The notes beneath the pieces were generated by a model. The model did not search any database, was not told the DNA's origin, and saw only the letters and a program-made list of their open reading frames with translations. Of a stretch of 32,000 bases of DNA, positions 1-7,967 are shown in pieces; the stretch's first letter is position 1, and each line of letters starts with the position of its first letter. A program made the position numbers and the translations under genes. Where the stretch lies: positions 2,340,001-2,372,000 of the forward strand of contig NC_013202.1 of NCBI RefSeq assembly GCF_000023965.1. Reading direction: 5' to 3'. This stretch comes from Halomicrobium mukohataei DSM 12286 (lineage in GTDB: Archaea > Halobacteriota > Halobacteria > Halobacteriales > Haloarculaceae).

Positions 1-69
1 GGCCTGAACCGCCTCGTCACGAGCCGCGACGACGCGGACCGGTGAGCGCGGCGAAAGCCACCCGAACGC

Positions 70-369
70 TCAGGACTGGGAGTGTGCGGCCTCGACGTGT
101 GCCAGTGCCTCCTCGGGCGTCATCCCGCGGACGCCACAGGCACACGAGCGCAGCTCCGGATCGGTGAGCTCGTCGACTTCGACCGTCCGGGCGCGCTGGA
201 GTCCCTCTTCCGGGTCGTAGTCGTAGTAGAGCCGGTAGTTCACCTGTGTGACGCCCTCGATGCGATGGTCGGCGTCGGGATCGGGATTCTCGATCGCGTC
301 CTCGTGTTCGGCCCGCATCTCCGCTTGCCACTGTTCGAGCGTCGCCTCCGGATCGCGGTCGTCGGTCAT
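70..369 (-). CDS. small acidic hypothetical protein (99 aa)
   Basis: Uses the internal ATG (cat at 367-369) of track ORF 70..759. The product MTDDRDPEATLEQW... is strongly acidic. The upstream part of the long ORF is Arg/Ser/Pro-rich and overlaps the ADH gene. No family recognised. Confidence 0.55.
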   Translation of the reverse strand: MTDDRDPEATLEQWQAEMRAEHEDAIENPDPDADHRIEGVTQVNYRLYYDYDPEEGLQRARTVEVDELTDPELRSCACGVRGMTPEEALAHVEAAHSQS

Positions 370-424
370 ACCTCGTCCTCGCCGCGACGCCTGAAAAATC
401 ACCGGCCCGTCTCCTCGCTCGCGG

Positions 425-1468
425 TCAGGGCTCGACGAGCACTTTGATCGCGTCGCGTTCGTCCATCGCCCGATAGCCCGCGGCGATCTCCTCCAGGGAG
501 ACGGTCTTGGTGAAGATCGGCGACGGATCGAGCGTCCCGCCGAGCACGTCTTCGAGCAGGTCGTCGGCGTACGCCCGTACCGGTGCAACGCCCCCTCTGA
601 GGGCGATGTTGTCGCCGAACATGTCGAAGATCGGCACACCGGCGTCGTCGACGCCGTGGGGGACGCCGACGTAGCCGACGGTCCCGCCCGGCCGACAGAC
701 CTCGACGGCCTGCTCCATCGCGCTGGCGGCACCCACGCATTCGAGCACGTGCTCGGCACCGCCGTAGGTCAGTTCGCGCACGCGATCGACGACGTCGGTG
801 CCGTCGCCGCCCAGCACCGTCTCGGTCGCCCCGAACTCGGCGGCCAGCGCCAGCCGATCGGGATGGTGTCCGACGGCGACGATCCGTGACGCCCCGAGCC
901 GTCGCGCAGCCAGGACGCCACAGAGCCCGACCGCACCGTCTCCGACGACCACGCAGGTGTCGCCCGCGCCGACGCCCGCACTGACCGCCGCGTGGTGGCC
1001 CGTCCCCATCACGTCGGTCAGCGGGAGCACGGATTCGAGCACGTCCTCGTCGTCGGCGTACCGATCCGGGACGCGGACCAGCGTCCCGTCGGCGTGGGGC
1101 GATCGGACGTACTCGCCCTGCGCGCCGCCGTTGTCCCCGCCCCAGCTGTCGCCGTTGACACAGGAGGTGTGGAGTCCGCGACGGCAGTACTCGCAGTAGC
1201 CACAGCTGACGACGAAGGGCGCGAACACGTGATCGCCCGGCCGGACGCTGTCGACGTCGTCGCCCACGGCCTCGACGACCCCCATCGGCTCGTGACCGAC
1301 GCGTGAGCCCGCCTCGCGGTCACTCTCCCCGCGGTAGAACCAGAGGTCCGAGCCACAGACCGCGGTGTGTGTCACGCGGACGATGGCGTCGCCGGGGTCT
1401 TCGATCTCCGGCCGCGGTACCTCCTCGACACTGATCTCGCCTGGTCCGTCGTAGATGGCAGCACGCAT
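425..1468 (-). CDS. zinc-dependent alcohol dehydrogenase (medium-chain dehydrogenase/reductase family)
   Basis: 347-aa ORF with the catalytic-Zn GHEPMG motif, the structural-Zn cysteine cluster CGYCEYCRRGLHTSC, and the Rossmann motif VVGDGAVG. A TATA-like CTTTAG lies 24-29 nt upstream of the ATG. Confidence 0.9.
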   Translation of the reverse strand: MRAAIYDGPGEISVEEVPRPEIEDPGDAIVRVTHTAVCGSDLWFYRGESDREAGSRVGHEPMGVVEAVGDDVDSVRPGDHVFAPFVVSCGYCEYCRRGLHTSCVNGDSWGGDNGGAQGEYVRSPHADGTLVRVPDRYADDEDVLESVLPLTDVMGTGHHAAVSAGVGAGDTCVVVGDGAVGLCGVLAARRLGASRIVAVGHHPDRLALAAEFGATETVLGGDGTDVVDRVRELTYGGAEHVLECVGAASAMEQAVEVCRPGGTVGYVGVPHGVDDAGVPIFDMFGDNIALRGGVAPVRAYADDLLEDVLGGTLDPSPIFTKTVSLEEIAAGYRAMDERDAIKVLVEP

Positions 1469-1759
1469 GTGTACTCACACGGCGACGAGGCCCTAAAGTG
1501 GGACGCCTACGTCCGCCGAAGCCGGCTGTGAGAACGAGCGTTCGTCCCAGGTCCTTTCCGTGTCTTCGTTCCGCAAATGACTCTCTGAGCCGTTTCAGAA
1601 ACGAGCGCTATAGCGCTGCATATTTGGACCAACTTGAGGTAAATCGCCCTTCGCTCTTGGGAAGTAGATGGGCGTGTTTAGACGCTATAGTAACAATTGA
1701 AACGATTTACACACCGATCGCACTGCTGCCGTGCGATCGGGTGTGCATTGACTTTCGAT

Positions 1760-1876
1760 CGACTCCCCAGAGTCGACGACGAGCGTGTCGAGGCCGTGGC
1801 GGGCGGTGAACGTCGCTGCCGAGAGCCCGGCGACGCCGCCACCGACCACGACCACATCCGATCGAACGGTGCTCAT
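1760..1876 (-). pseudogene. 5' remnant (about 39 codons) of an FAD/NAD(P)-dependent oxidoreductase, thioredoxin-reductase-like
   Basis: MSTVRSDVVVVGGGVAGLSAATFTARHGLDTLVVDSGES is a classic N-terminal GxGxxG dinucleotide-binding beta-alpha-beta unit. Similarity then stops, and the 63-aa track ORF 1685..1876 runs into AT-richer non-coding-looking DNA. Confidence 0.6.
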
Positions 1877-1879
1877 GGG

Positions 1880-3148
1880 TCAGAGGTCGCCGTTGATAAT
1901 GTCTCGGACGCGTTCTCGATCAAATAGCTGGTGTTCCTCAGCACTGTCGAACGGATTTTCTGGATCAAACTCTCCAAACTGCTTGGGATATACCTGCTGA
2001 GCAAGTATCTCCGTATTGTAGAGATTCGTCAACGGTCCCTGTCGACTCACTCCGCCCGGCTCGATCCTGTTTTCCTGAACAGCAGTCACCTTCTGACCGA
2101 CCGAATTATCCTCCATTGGCAGAACGTAATTTTTGCGGAATTGGTCAAGATCAAATACTGCTTCACCGTTCTCGTCGGAGACAAGATTTCCGGTGTATTC
2201 TAGAGCTCCCTGAATAATGATTACGTCGGGATCGGCTTGTAGAAGCCCCTCGTAGTCGGTCTGCTCGGAGATTTCAAATGCGTTGACGGCTTCAAGGTCT
2301 CGGAAGTGCTTCGACTGTCCTAATTCTCCGTCGAAGCCGACCGGATAAATATTCCCTCTGTTAGGGTCACTCGCATCGCTGAGATACGCGATAGTCGGTC
2401 GTTCCTCCTCGGGTGGTAGTTTCGAGTTCACGGTCCGGATCATCTGGTCGTGAACCTCGACGAACGCCTCGTACCTGGCTTCCTCCTTGAAAACCCGTGC
2501 GAGCTTTTCAAAGGCCTCGTAGATGGATGGTTGGTCGTAGTTCAGGCTTGAATTGTTCCGATAAACGTTCGTGCCGAAAATTGGGGCTACGTTCTCCGAG
2601 ATTTCTTCCAAATCACCCTCGTCCCACGCTTTGTTATACACCAAGCGTCGTTGCGGAAAGAACATCAGGAGATCGGGCTCGACTTCGTATACGTACTCTT
2701 TTCCGTCGTAGTCCGCTTCTCCTTCCTTCCACGTGTATGGGTCAGAATTGGGGTAACGACTGCGAAGGTCTACACCGAGATGTTCGAAGTAGTTGAAACT
2801 CCGCAGTGGTGTCGGAATCCATCCATCGATTTGACCGAGACAGAACGCCATGTCAGTCAATTCCGAGTCTGTACTGAGCCAGGTAGTTGGAACTCCCTCA
2901 AATGTAACCTCTCCTACTGGTTCCATCGTCACCGAGTACGACGTGTCTTCGGGAGTTTTGGTTTCTTCAGGACTGTCCGTCTCACCGCCGGTTGATTCTT
3001 CGATCTTCGGGCTGTCGGTATCAGCGTTGTCGCCATCAGCGCTGTTTCCCGTACAGCCGGCCAGTAGCCCACCGCCAATGACCGCCCCGCCGTACTTCAC
3101 GTAGTCTCTGCGCGTCGGTGCCTCGTGTGTCGTATCGTCTCTCGACAT
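1880..3148 (-). CDS. ABC transporter substrate-binding lipoprotein (iron-siderophore/cobalamin-type periplasmic binding protein), Tat signal plus lipobox
   Basis: 422-aa ORF. The N-terminus TRRDYVKYGGAVIGGGLLAGC carries a twin-arginine motif and a LAGC lipobox, followed by an acidic Ser/Thr/Asp linker. It sits next to the FecCD permease and ATPase. It is markedly AT-richer than its neighbours. Confidence 0.8.
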   Translation of the reverse strand: MSRDDTTHEAPTRRDYVKYGGAVIGGGLLAGCTGNSADGDNADTDSPKIEESTGGETDSPEETKTPEDTSYSVTMEPVGEVTFEGVPTTWLSTDSELTDMAFCLGQIDGWIPTPLRSFNYFEHLGVDLRSRYPNSDPYTWKEGEADYDGKEYVYEVEPDLLMFFPQRRLVYNKAWDEGDLEEISENVAPIFGTNVYRNNSSLNYDQPSIYEAFEKLARVFKEEARYEAFVEVHDQMIRTVNSKLPPEEERPTIAYLSDASDPNRGNIYPVGFDGELGQSKHFRDLEAVNAFEISEQTDYEGLLQADPDVIIIQGALEYTGNLVSDENGEAVFDLDQFRKNYVLPMEDNSVGQKVTAVQENRIEPGGVSRQGPLTNLYNTEILAQQVYPKQFGEFDPENPFDSAEEHQLFDRERVRDIINGDL

Positions 3149-3153
3149 ACTAG

Positions 3154-3178
3154 TTTAGGTCTACCTAAAACACTTAAA
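3154..3178 (-). promoter_or_regulatory. TATA-like box (TTTAAG, 3173..3178) plus 7-2-7 palindrome TTTAGGT-CT-ACCTAAA (3154..3169) just upstream of the binding-protein ATG
   Basis: The TATA-like box starts 30 nt upstream of the ATG at 3148, consistent with a leaderless transcript. The palindrome fills the space between the TATA box and the start, which is a repressor-type position. The same layout recurs at 5681..5704. Confidence 0.4.
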
Positions 3179-3189
3179 CCCGCCGGTTT

Positions 3190-3540
3190 TTAGCCCCCGC
3201 CTAAAATCCACTGTGCGCTGGCATGTCCACGGGAAGCCCGCTCGACGAACTCCTCGGGCAGGTCGTCGATCTCCCCTGCCTGGACGCCCCAAAGGTTCGC
3301 GTACAGCCCGTCGGCCGCGAGCAGCTCCCCGCGGTTGCCGCGCTCGACGATCCAGCTGTCCCCTAGCACGAGGATGGTGTCAGCGTCCTTGATCGTCGAG
3401 AGCCGATGCGCGATGGCGACCGTGGTCCGATCGGCGGTCAGCCGGTCCAGTGACCGCTGGATGAAGTACTCCGTCTTGTTTTCGACGCGGTCACGGTAGG
3501 CGTCCAGCTCCGTCTCGAACGCCTCGAACTCGCCACCCAT
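3190..3540 (-). pseudogene. stranded C-terminal fragment of an ABC exporter nucleotide-binding domain (MsbA/multidrug type)
   Basis: TVAIAHRLSTIKDADTILVLGDSWIVERGNRGELLAADGLYANLW is the H-loop to C-terminus region of type-I ABC exporters. Walker A, the signature motif and Walker B are absent. Its ATG (3538-3540) overlaps the ATPase stop by 1 nt (TGATG). Confidence 0.6.
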
Positions 3541-4490
3541 CACTCGGCTTCGAGTACCTCCGGCGGAGAGCCCTCGGCCTCTTCGGCGTCGCCGCCTGCT
3601 CGGTCGACATCGTCGTGCCGCGCCCGAAGCGGCGTGACCCGCGGCCCGCGCTCGATGACATCGACTTCGGCGTCGATCTCGAACACGTCCGCGAGCAACT
3701 CCTCGGTGACGACCTCTTCGGGGGTCCCGCGCGCCCGGATCGCGCCGTCCTTGAGTGCGACCATCTCGTCGGCGAGCCGGGCCGCCTGCTCGATGTCGTG
3801 GAGGACGACCACGACCGTGATGTCGCTCTCGTCACGCAGCGTCTCGACGATTTCCATCACTTCGAGTTGGTGATGAAGGTCGAGGAACGTCGTTGGTTCG
3901 TCGAGCAGTAACACGTCGGTGTCCTGTGCGAGCACCATCGCGATCCACGCGAGCTGTTTCTGCCCGCCCGAGAGGCTCCCGACCTCGCGGTCACGGAGGT
4001 GTCCGCAGCCGGCGAGGTCGATCGCCCGGTCGACCGCGCGGTTGTCCTCCTCGGTGGTAGTCTCGAAGAATCCCCGGTGGGGATATCGGCCGTGGTAGAC
4101 GAGGTCCTCAACCGTGATCGACTCCGGCGACGTGCTCTCCTGGGAGAGCAGCCCGAGCTTGCGAGCCAGCTCCTTCGTTCCCATCGAGTGAACGTCGCGG
4201 CCGTCCAAAAGTACCGTCCCCTCGTCGGGCGTGAGCTGCTTGGCGAGCCCCTTCAACAGCGTGCTCTTGCCGGAGCCGTTCGGCCCGACTAAGGCGGTGA
4301 CCGCTCCCGGCGTCGCGACGAGCCGCTCGCCGTCGATCACTGGCTCGTCCATCGAGGGGTATCTGAGGACGAGATCCTCTCCCGAGAGCTCGCTCGCCTG
4401 CTTCGAGCCGATAGCGTCGGCGGCCGACTCGTTCGAGAGCGCTTCCTCGCTGCCGTTCCGCTGCCGTGTCTCGGTAGTGTTGCGTGCCAT
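3540..4490 (-). CDS. ABC transporter ATP-binding protein (FecE/FhuC/BtuD-like)
   Basis: Walker A GPNGSGKST, signature LSGGQKQ, Walker B VLLLDEPT, H-loop VVLHD. It starts 2 nt after the permease stop. Confidence 0.9.
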   Translation of the reverse strand: MARNTTETRQRNGSEEALSNESAADAIGSKQASELSGEDLVLRYPSMDEPVIDGERLVATPGAVTALVGPNGSGKSTLLKGLAKQLTPDEGTVLLDGRDVHSMGTKELARKLGLLSQESTSPESITVEDLVYHGRYPHRGFFETTTEEDNRAVDRAIDLAGCGHLRDREVGSLSGGQKQLAWIAMVLAQDTDVLLLDEPTTFLDLHHQLEVMEIVETLRDESDITVVVVLHDIEQAARLADEMVALKDGAIRARGTPEEVVTEELLADVFEIDAEVDVIERGPRVTPLRARHDDVDRAGGDAEEAEGSPPEVLEAE

Positions 4491-4491
4491 C

Positions 4492-5616
4492 TCAGATCTC
4501 TCCCATGTTCTGCTTCTTTCGCATCAGGTACAGGAAGTAGGGACCACCGACGAGCCCGGTGACGATCCCGACCGGGATCTGGACCGGGTTGAGCGCGAGC
4601 CGCGCGCCCACGTCAGCGCCGACCATCAGCGCGGGGCCCACGAACAGACAGCCGACGATCACCTTCTTGTAGTCGCTACCGACGAGGTTTCGCACCATGT
4701 GCGGGACGATCAGCCCGACGAAGCCGACGATACCGGCGACGGCGATCGACGCCGCAGCGGCAAGCACGGCCACGCCCGAGAGCGCGAACCGCACCTTCTC
4801 GATCGACATCCCGAGCGACTTCGCAGTCTGCTCGCCGAGCAGCATCACGTTACACTGCCGCGCGCCGGTGATCGCCAGCAGGATCGCGACGATCGACCAC
4901 GGCAGCGCCATCCGCACCTGCTCCCAGTCGGTCCCCGTCAGTGACCCAGTCGTCCACGCGATCGCCGACTGGACGATGCCGATGTCGTCGGCGAAGAAGA
5001 ACAGCCCCGTCTGGACGCTGCCGAAGACGGTCCCGACGATCACGCCCGCGAGGACGAGCCTGACCGGCGACGTGCCGTTCTTCCAGGCGATAGCGTAGAC
5101 GATCAAAAAGGCGACTGCGCCGCCGACGGCGGCGATGAGGGGCAGGAAGGCCGCCAGCCCGCCGAAGACGACGAGCACGAGCAGGATCATCAGTCCCGCA
5201 CCCGAGGAGACGCCGAGAATGAACGGGCTCGCCAGTTCGTTGCGAGTGATCGCTTGGAAGATCGCACCGGAGACGCCGAGATTCATCCCGACGATAGCCC
5301 CGACGAATACTCGGGGTAAGCGAATGTTCCAGACGATGAGGCTCTCCTTGCCCATCTCCGGCATCTCCCCGCCCAACAGGAACGCGTGCCACGCCTGTTG
5401 GTTAAAGATCACGTCGGGGTTGAACACGGCTGCCCACGCCTGACCGATACTCATCGTGTACGCACCGAAGCTCACTTGCACGAGCCCGGCGACGACGATG
5501 ATGACGACACTACCGATCGCGGTCGTCACGAGTTTCGGGTCGAGCAACCAGACGAATCGACGGGTGTCGCGGGTGCCGCTCGACTGTTCAGTTCCGGTGA
5601 CGGGTTCGCCGCTCAT
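4492..5616 (-). CDS. FecCD/BtuC-family ABC transporter permease
   Basis: Uses the internal ATG (cat 5614-5616) of track ORF 4492..5811, giving 374 aa. The protein is polytopic with typical FecCD sequence (LLGGEMPE..., RLPRVFVGAIVGMNLGVSGAIFQAITRNELASPFILGVSSGAG). The upstream 65 codons of the track ORF are Arg-rich shadow. Confidence 0.9.
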   Translation of the reverse strand: MSGEPVTGTEQSSGTRDTRRFVWLLDPKLVTTAIGSVVIIVVAGLVQVSFGAYTMSIGQAWAAVFNPDVIFNQQAWHAFLLGGEMPEMGKESLIVWNIRLPRVFVGAIVGMNLGVSGAIFQAITRNELASPFILGVSSGAGLMILLVLVVFGGLAAFLPLIAAVGGAVAFLIVYAIAWKNGTSPVRLVLAGVIVGTVFGSVQTGLFFFADDIGIVQSAIAWTTGSLTGTDWEQVRMALPWSIVAILLAITGARQCNVMLLGEQTAKSLGMSIEKVRFALSGVAVLAAAASIAVAGIVGFVGLIVPHMVRNLVGSDYKKVIVGCLFVGPALMVGADVGARLALNPVQIPVGIVTGLVGGPYFLYLMRKKQNMGEI

Positions 5617-5680
5617 CGGTGTCTCCCCGCCTCTACGAGTCCGTCGACGGCGCTCTCGTCGTCGTCTCTCAGCATGTGCT

Positions 5681-5704
5681 TTAGTCTCGCCTAATCCTTC
5701 TAAA
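5681..5704 (-). promoter_or_regulatory. TATA-like box (TTTAGA, 5699..5704), 4-nt spacer, then TTAG-N6-CTAA element (5681..5694) upstream of the permease/ATPase unit
   Basis: Geometry matches 3154..3178: a 6-nt TATA-like box, a 4-nt spacer, a 14-bp TTAG-N6-CTAA element, then an ATG 5-6 nt further on (here the ATG at 5675). Confidence 0.35.
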
Positions 5705-6106
5705 GGTTTCCGAATTTTAGGGCAGCCGAAATCTTCTGTCAGCGCGATGCGCCACACCGCGGACACATCAGTGGCGCACCTTCCGGAAGCGCGGGTCCAC
5801 AGTGCGGACACCCATCGTGTCGGGCGTCGTCATCGCGTCGGCGACCACCTCGGTTCCACTCCAGATCGAGTCGAGTGTTCCAACGTCGTCGGGTCTATCG
5901 ACTGTGTTCTGTCTGTGTGCCCCGGAGAAGCGCGAGTCTCGGGCCGACGAACTCGGCGGCCTCGTCCCCATCAACATCGATCTCGGCGGGTACGGTCACG
6001 GTCTCACCGTCGACGCACGCCAATAGCCCCAGCGTCCCGGCAGCCGACCGCGAGTGTAAGGATTCACGATACGAAGACCGGATCGCAGGTCGTCCGCCGA
6101 AACGCT

Positions 6107-6409
6107 GACGACCTGCAGTCCGTCGCCGCCGATAACGGCTTCCAAGACTGGCATCCCGAGTACGAAATCGCCGCACACGACGTTGAGTGCCTTGTTCACT
6201 ACCGTGGTTCATCAGCGAAAGCAGCCGCGAACAACGCGCTTAATCGAGCAAATGGCTACGCTCGGCGGTGGATGGCCGAAACGTCCGACTCGACAACGAA
6301 GCGCTCGCTCGGCGATACCGTGCGAGCGCTGGGCTGGTATCGGCAGTTCCGTGAAACTGTCCTGATGCTTGCCATCATCAACATAGAACCGGTGTGTGAA
6401 CCGCTGTAA
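6107..6409 (+). mobile_element. C-terminal remnant of an IS4/IS5-superfamily DDE transposase
   Basis: The tail of track ORF 5456..6409 reads AADNGFQDW ... YARRWMAETSDSTTKRSLGDTVRALGWYRQFRE. This is an exact Y-x2-R-x3-E-x6-K (YREK) signature (6257..6301), about 49 aa after a D(N/K)G(F/Y) motif. No N-terminal two-thirds and no recognisable inverted repeats are present. Confidence 0.6.
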
Positions 6410-6809
6410 CCGTAACTCAGCAGCTATTCAACACAGCATGAAAATCAACAACGTGCTTCACAAGAGCGTTGATCGGTATCGTAGCCTTCGGCGGAACGCC
6501 TCCGAGAGATCATCAGGACGTTCTTCGCCCTCTCCTTCGCCTGATTCCGCTTCGAAGCGATCTTCGCGTTCCTTATGTATAGATAGTTTCAGTCACACCA
6601 GAGACGATCTCGTCTCGAAAACGAGTCGCCCAGAATACCCATCTATACCAGCAATTTCCCCCGGTAATAAGCGGTCGTCGAATGTGGAATGATGTCTGCC
6701 GTGAGTGTCGTGTGTCTGTCGAGCTCAGGTGGTCGTGCTGAATATACGGCGCGTCTCTCTCACAGGGCTAGAGACACGGACTCGGGACGAAGAGCCGTTC
6801 GAACCGTGG

Positions 6810-7712
6810 TCACTCTGTCCGCCGATACCACTTTGCGAGGCCGGCACTCGTCGCCATCTCAACGACACCGAATGCTACCGCTGGAAGTGAGGCTATCGTT
6901 GGGAGACCAGCTGCGATTACGAGCGCCGCCGCGATCGCAAAATCACGCATCCCAACCGAGAGCACCGACGCAATGTGCGTAGACCGAGATCCAGCACGGC
7001 TCAGAACGAAGCCGATACCGTATCCAAGCGTGTTGAGAACGACGACGCCAACTCCGATGCCAGTCAGAAGTCCTGTATTTAATCTGATAGTTGCGGCGTT
7101 TGCGGCTGTTACCCCGCCGATGATGAGGACGACCATCGTTGCCGAGATAGCCGGATAGTAGGCATCATACACGCCGACACGCTCCGGTTGCCACGCCCGA
7201 ACGCAGACGGCGGCCAGCATAGGGACGACGACTGCCACGATCAACTGTTCGATTATCGGCATCGTCGGGACGGCGACCTCACCAACGAGGAGAGCCACCA
7301 CAGCCGGGATGAATCCGACACTCCCCACACCGATGACGACCAGTGCAGTCGTCGAGAGGGCTGTCTCACCCCCGGCGAGTTCCGTCATTACTGGTGTCAC
7401 GAGTTCCGGCGTCGCCGCTCCGAGGACGACAAATCCGACGGTCAACTCCGGCGACAATCCAAGTCTGCGCGCGACCCCGAATGCGAGAAAGGGCATCGTG
7501 ACGTGACCCACGAGTACGAGTCCCAACGTCCGGGCGCGAATCTGCCTGAACTGTTTGACCGAAAGCGTTAACGAGACACTCCCGATCATCACCGCCAAGA
7601 TGAGCGTCGACGCCCGTGTTACGACTGCAATCTCCGGGATGGCAATCCCGAGTCCAACCGCGAGGAGAATCCACAGCAAGAGATAGTCTTCAATGAGGTC
7701 GGTCACACTCAT
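6810..7712 (-). CDS. bile acid:sodium symporter (BASS/SBF-like) family transporter
   Basis: 300-aa polytopic protein. The N-terminus DYLLLWILLAVGLGIAIP and overall length and composition fit the SBF-like fold. Confidence 0.7.
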   Translation of the reverse strand: MSVTDLIEDYLLLWILLAVGLGIAIPEIAVVTRASTLILAVMIGSVSLTLSVKQFRQIRARTLGLVLVGHVTMPFLAFGVARRLGLSPELTVGFVVLGAATPELVTPVMTELAGGETALSTTALVVIGVGSVGFIPAVVALLVGEVAVPTMPIIEQLIVAVVVPMLAAVCVRAWQPERVGVYDAYYPAISATMVVLIIGGVTAANAATIRLNTGLLTGIGVGVVVLNTLGYGIGFVLSRAGSRSTHIASVLSVGMRDFAIAAALVIAAGLPTIASLPAVAFGVVEMATSAGLAKWYRRTE

Positions 7713-7967
7713 CGGTATCGGGTGGCTTGTCGTTCGAGCAGTCGTCGTATCACGTCGTCGATCCCGCTCCGGTGTGCAACGTGTCCGATAGAGATTCTGG
7801 ACGAGAAGTACCGCCGTTGTGCATCGCCCGCTCGAACACGGCGCGCTCGGATTCGACGAACTCTCTGAGGCAGCCGGGCCGACTCCGAACAGGGGGACTC
7901 TCGAACACCCTCAAGATCGACGCGGAGCCACCGCCGCATTCAACCGGATGCCCGCTCTACGTGACGT

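Noticed and set aside
1-45. Possible 3' end of a plus-strand gene (frame 1 reads GLNRLVTSRDDADR then stop).
   Set aside because: Fourteen codons at the window edge cannot be supported as coding.
3155-3168. Calling the TTAGGTCTACCTAA element a bona fide DtxR/IdeR iron box.
   Set aside because: Only the TTAGG/CCTAA ends match the 19-bp consensus as I remember it, and the half-site spacing is different. It is kept only as a hypothesis in the operator finding.
4492-5811. Long N-terminal extensions of track ORFs (4492..5811, 8906..11032, 11279..12082, 11388..12854, 13086..13772, 14057..15274, 22671..24557, 24358..25575, 25032..26786, 70..759).
   Set aside because: The extensions are Arg/Ser/Pro-rich, overlap the neighbouring genes, and family similarity begins only at an internal ATG. 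That ATG often forms an ATGA/TGATG overlap or has a TATA-like box about 27 nt upstream. Internal starts were used instead.
5768-6212. Protein-like minus-strand pieces in three frames (KALNVVCGDFVLGMPVLEAVIGGDG..., GTLGLLACVDGETVTVPAEIDVDGDEA..., VDRPDDVGTLDSIWSGTEVVADAM...), which could be a frameshifted pseudogene and might even be the missing part of the oxidoreductase stump.
   Set aside because: No diagnostic motif was found. Part of it is antisense to the transposase remnant, which does carry a YREK signature. The position and orientation do not fit the stump at 1760..1876. It needs BLASTX, so it is not reported as a feature.
6396-6692. A 98-aa ORF in the AT-richer stretch after the transposase remnant.
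   Set aside because: The translation is Ser/Arg/Asn-rich and unlike the acidic proteome of the rest of the window. No start context and no motifs.
6770-6812. A GTTCGAA-containing segment that looked like a tRNA T-loop or an integrase att remnant.
   Set aside because: The flanking bases do not form a 5-bp T-stem on either strand, and no acceptor or anticodon arms could be drawn.
6810-7712. An ACR3 arsenite-efflux assignment for the BASS-like transporter.
   Set aside because: There are no adjacent ars genes. The 300-aa length fits the generic SBF/BASS family better. The two cannot be discriminated without an HMM search.
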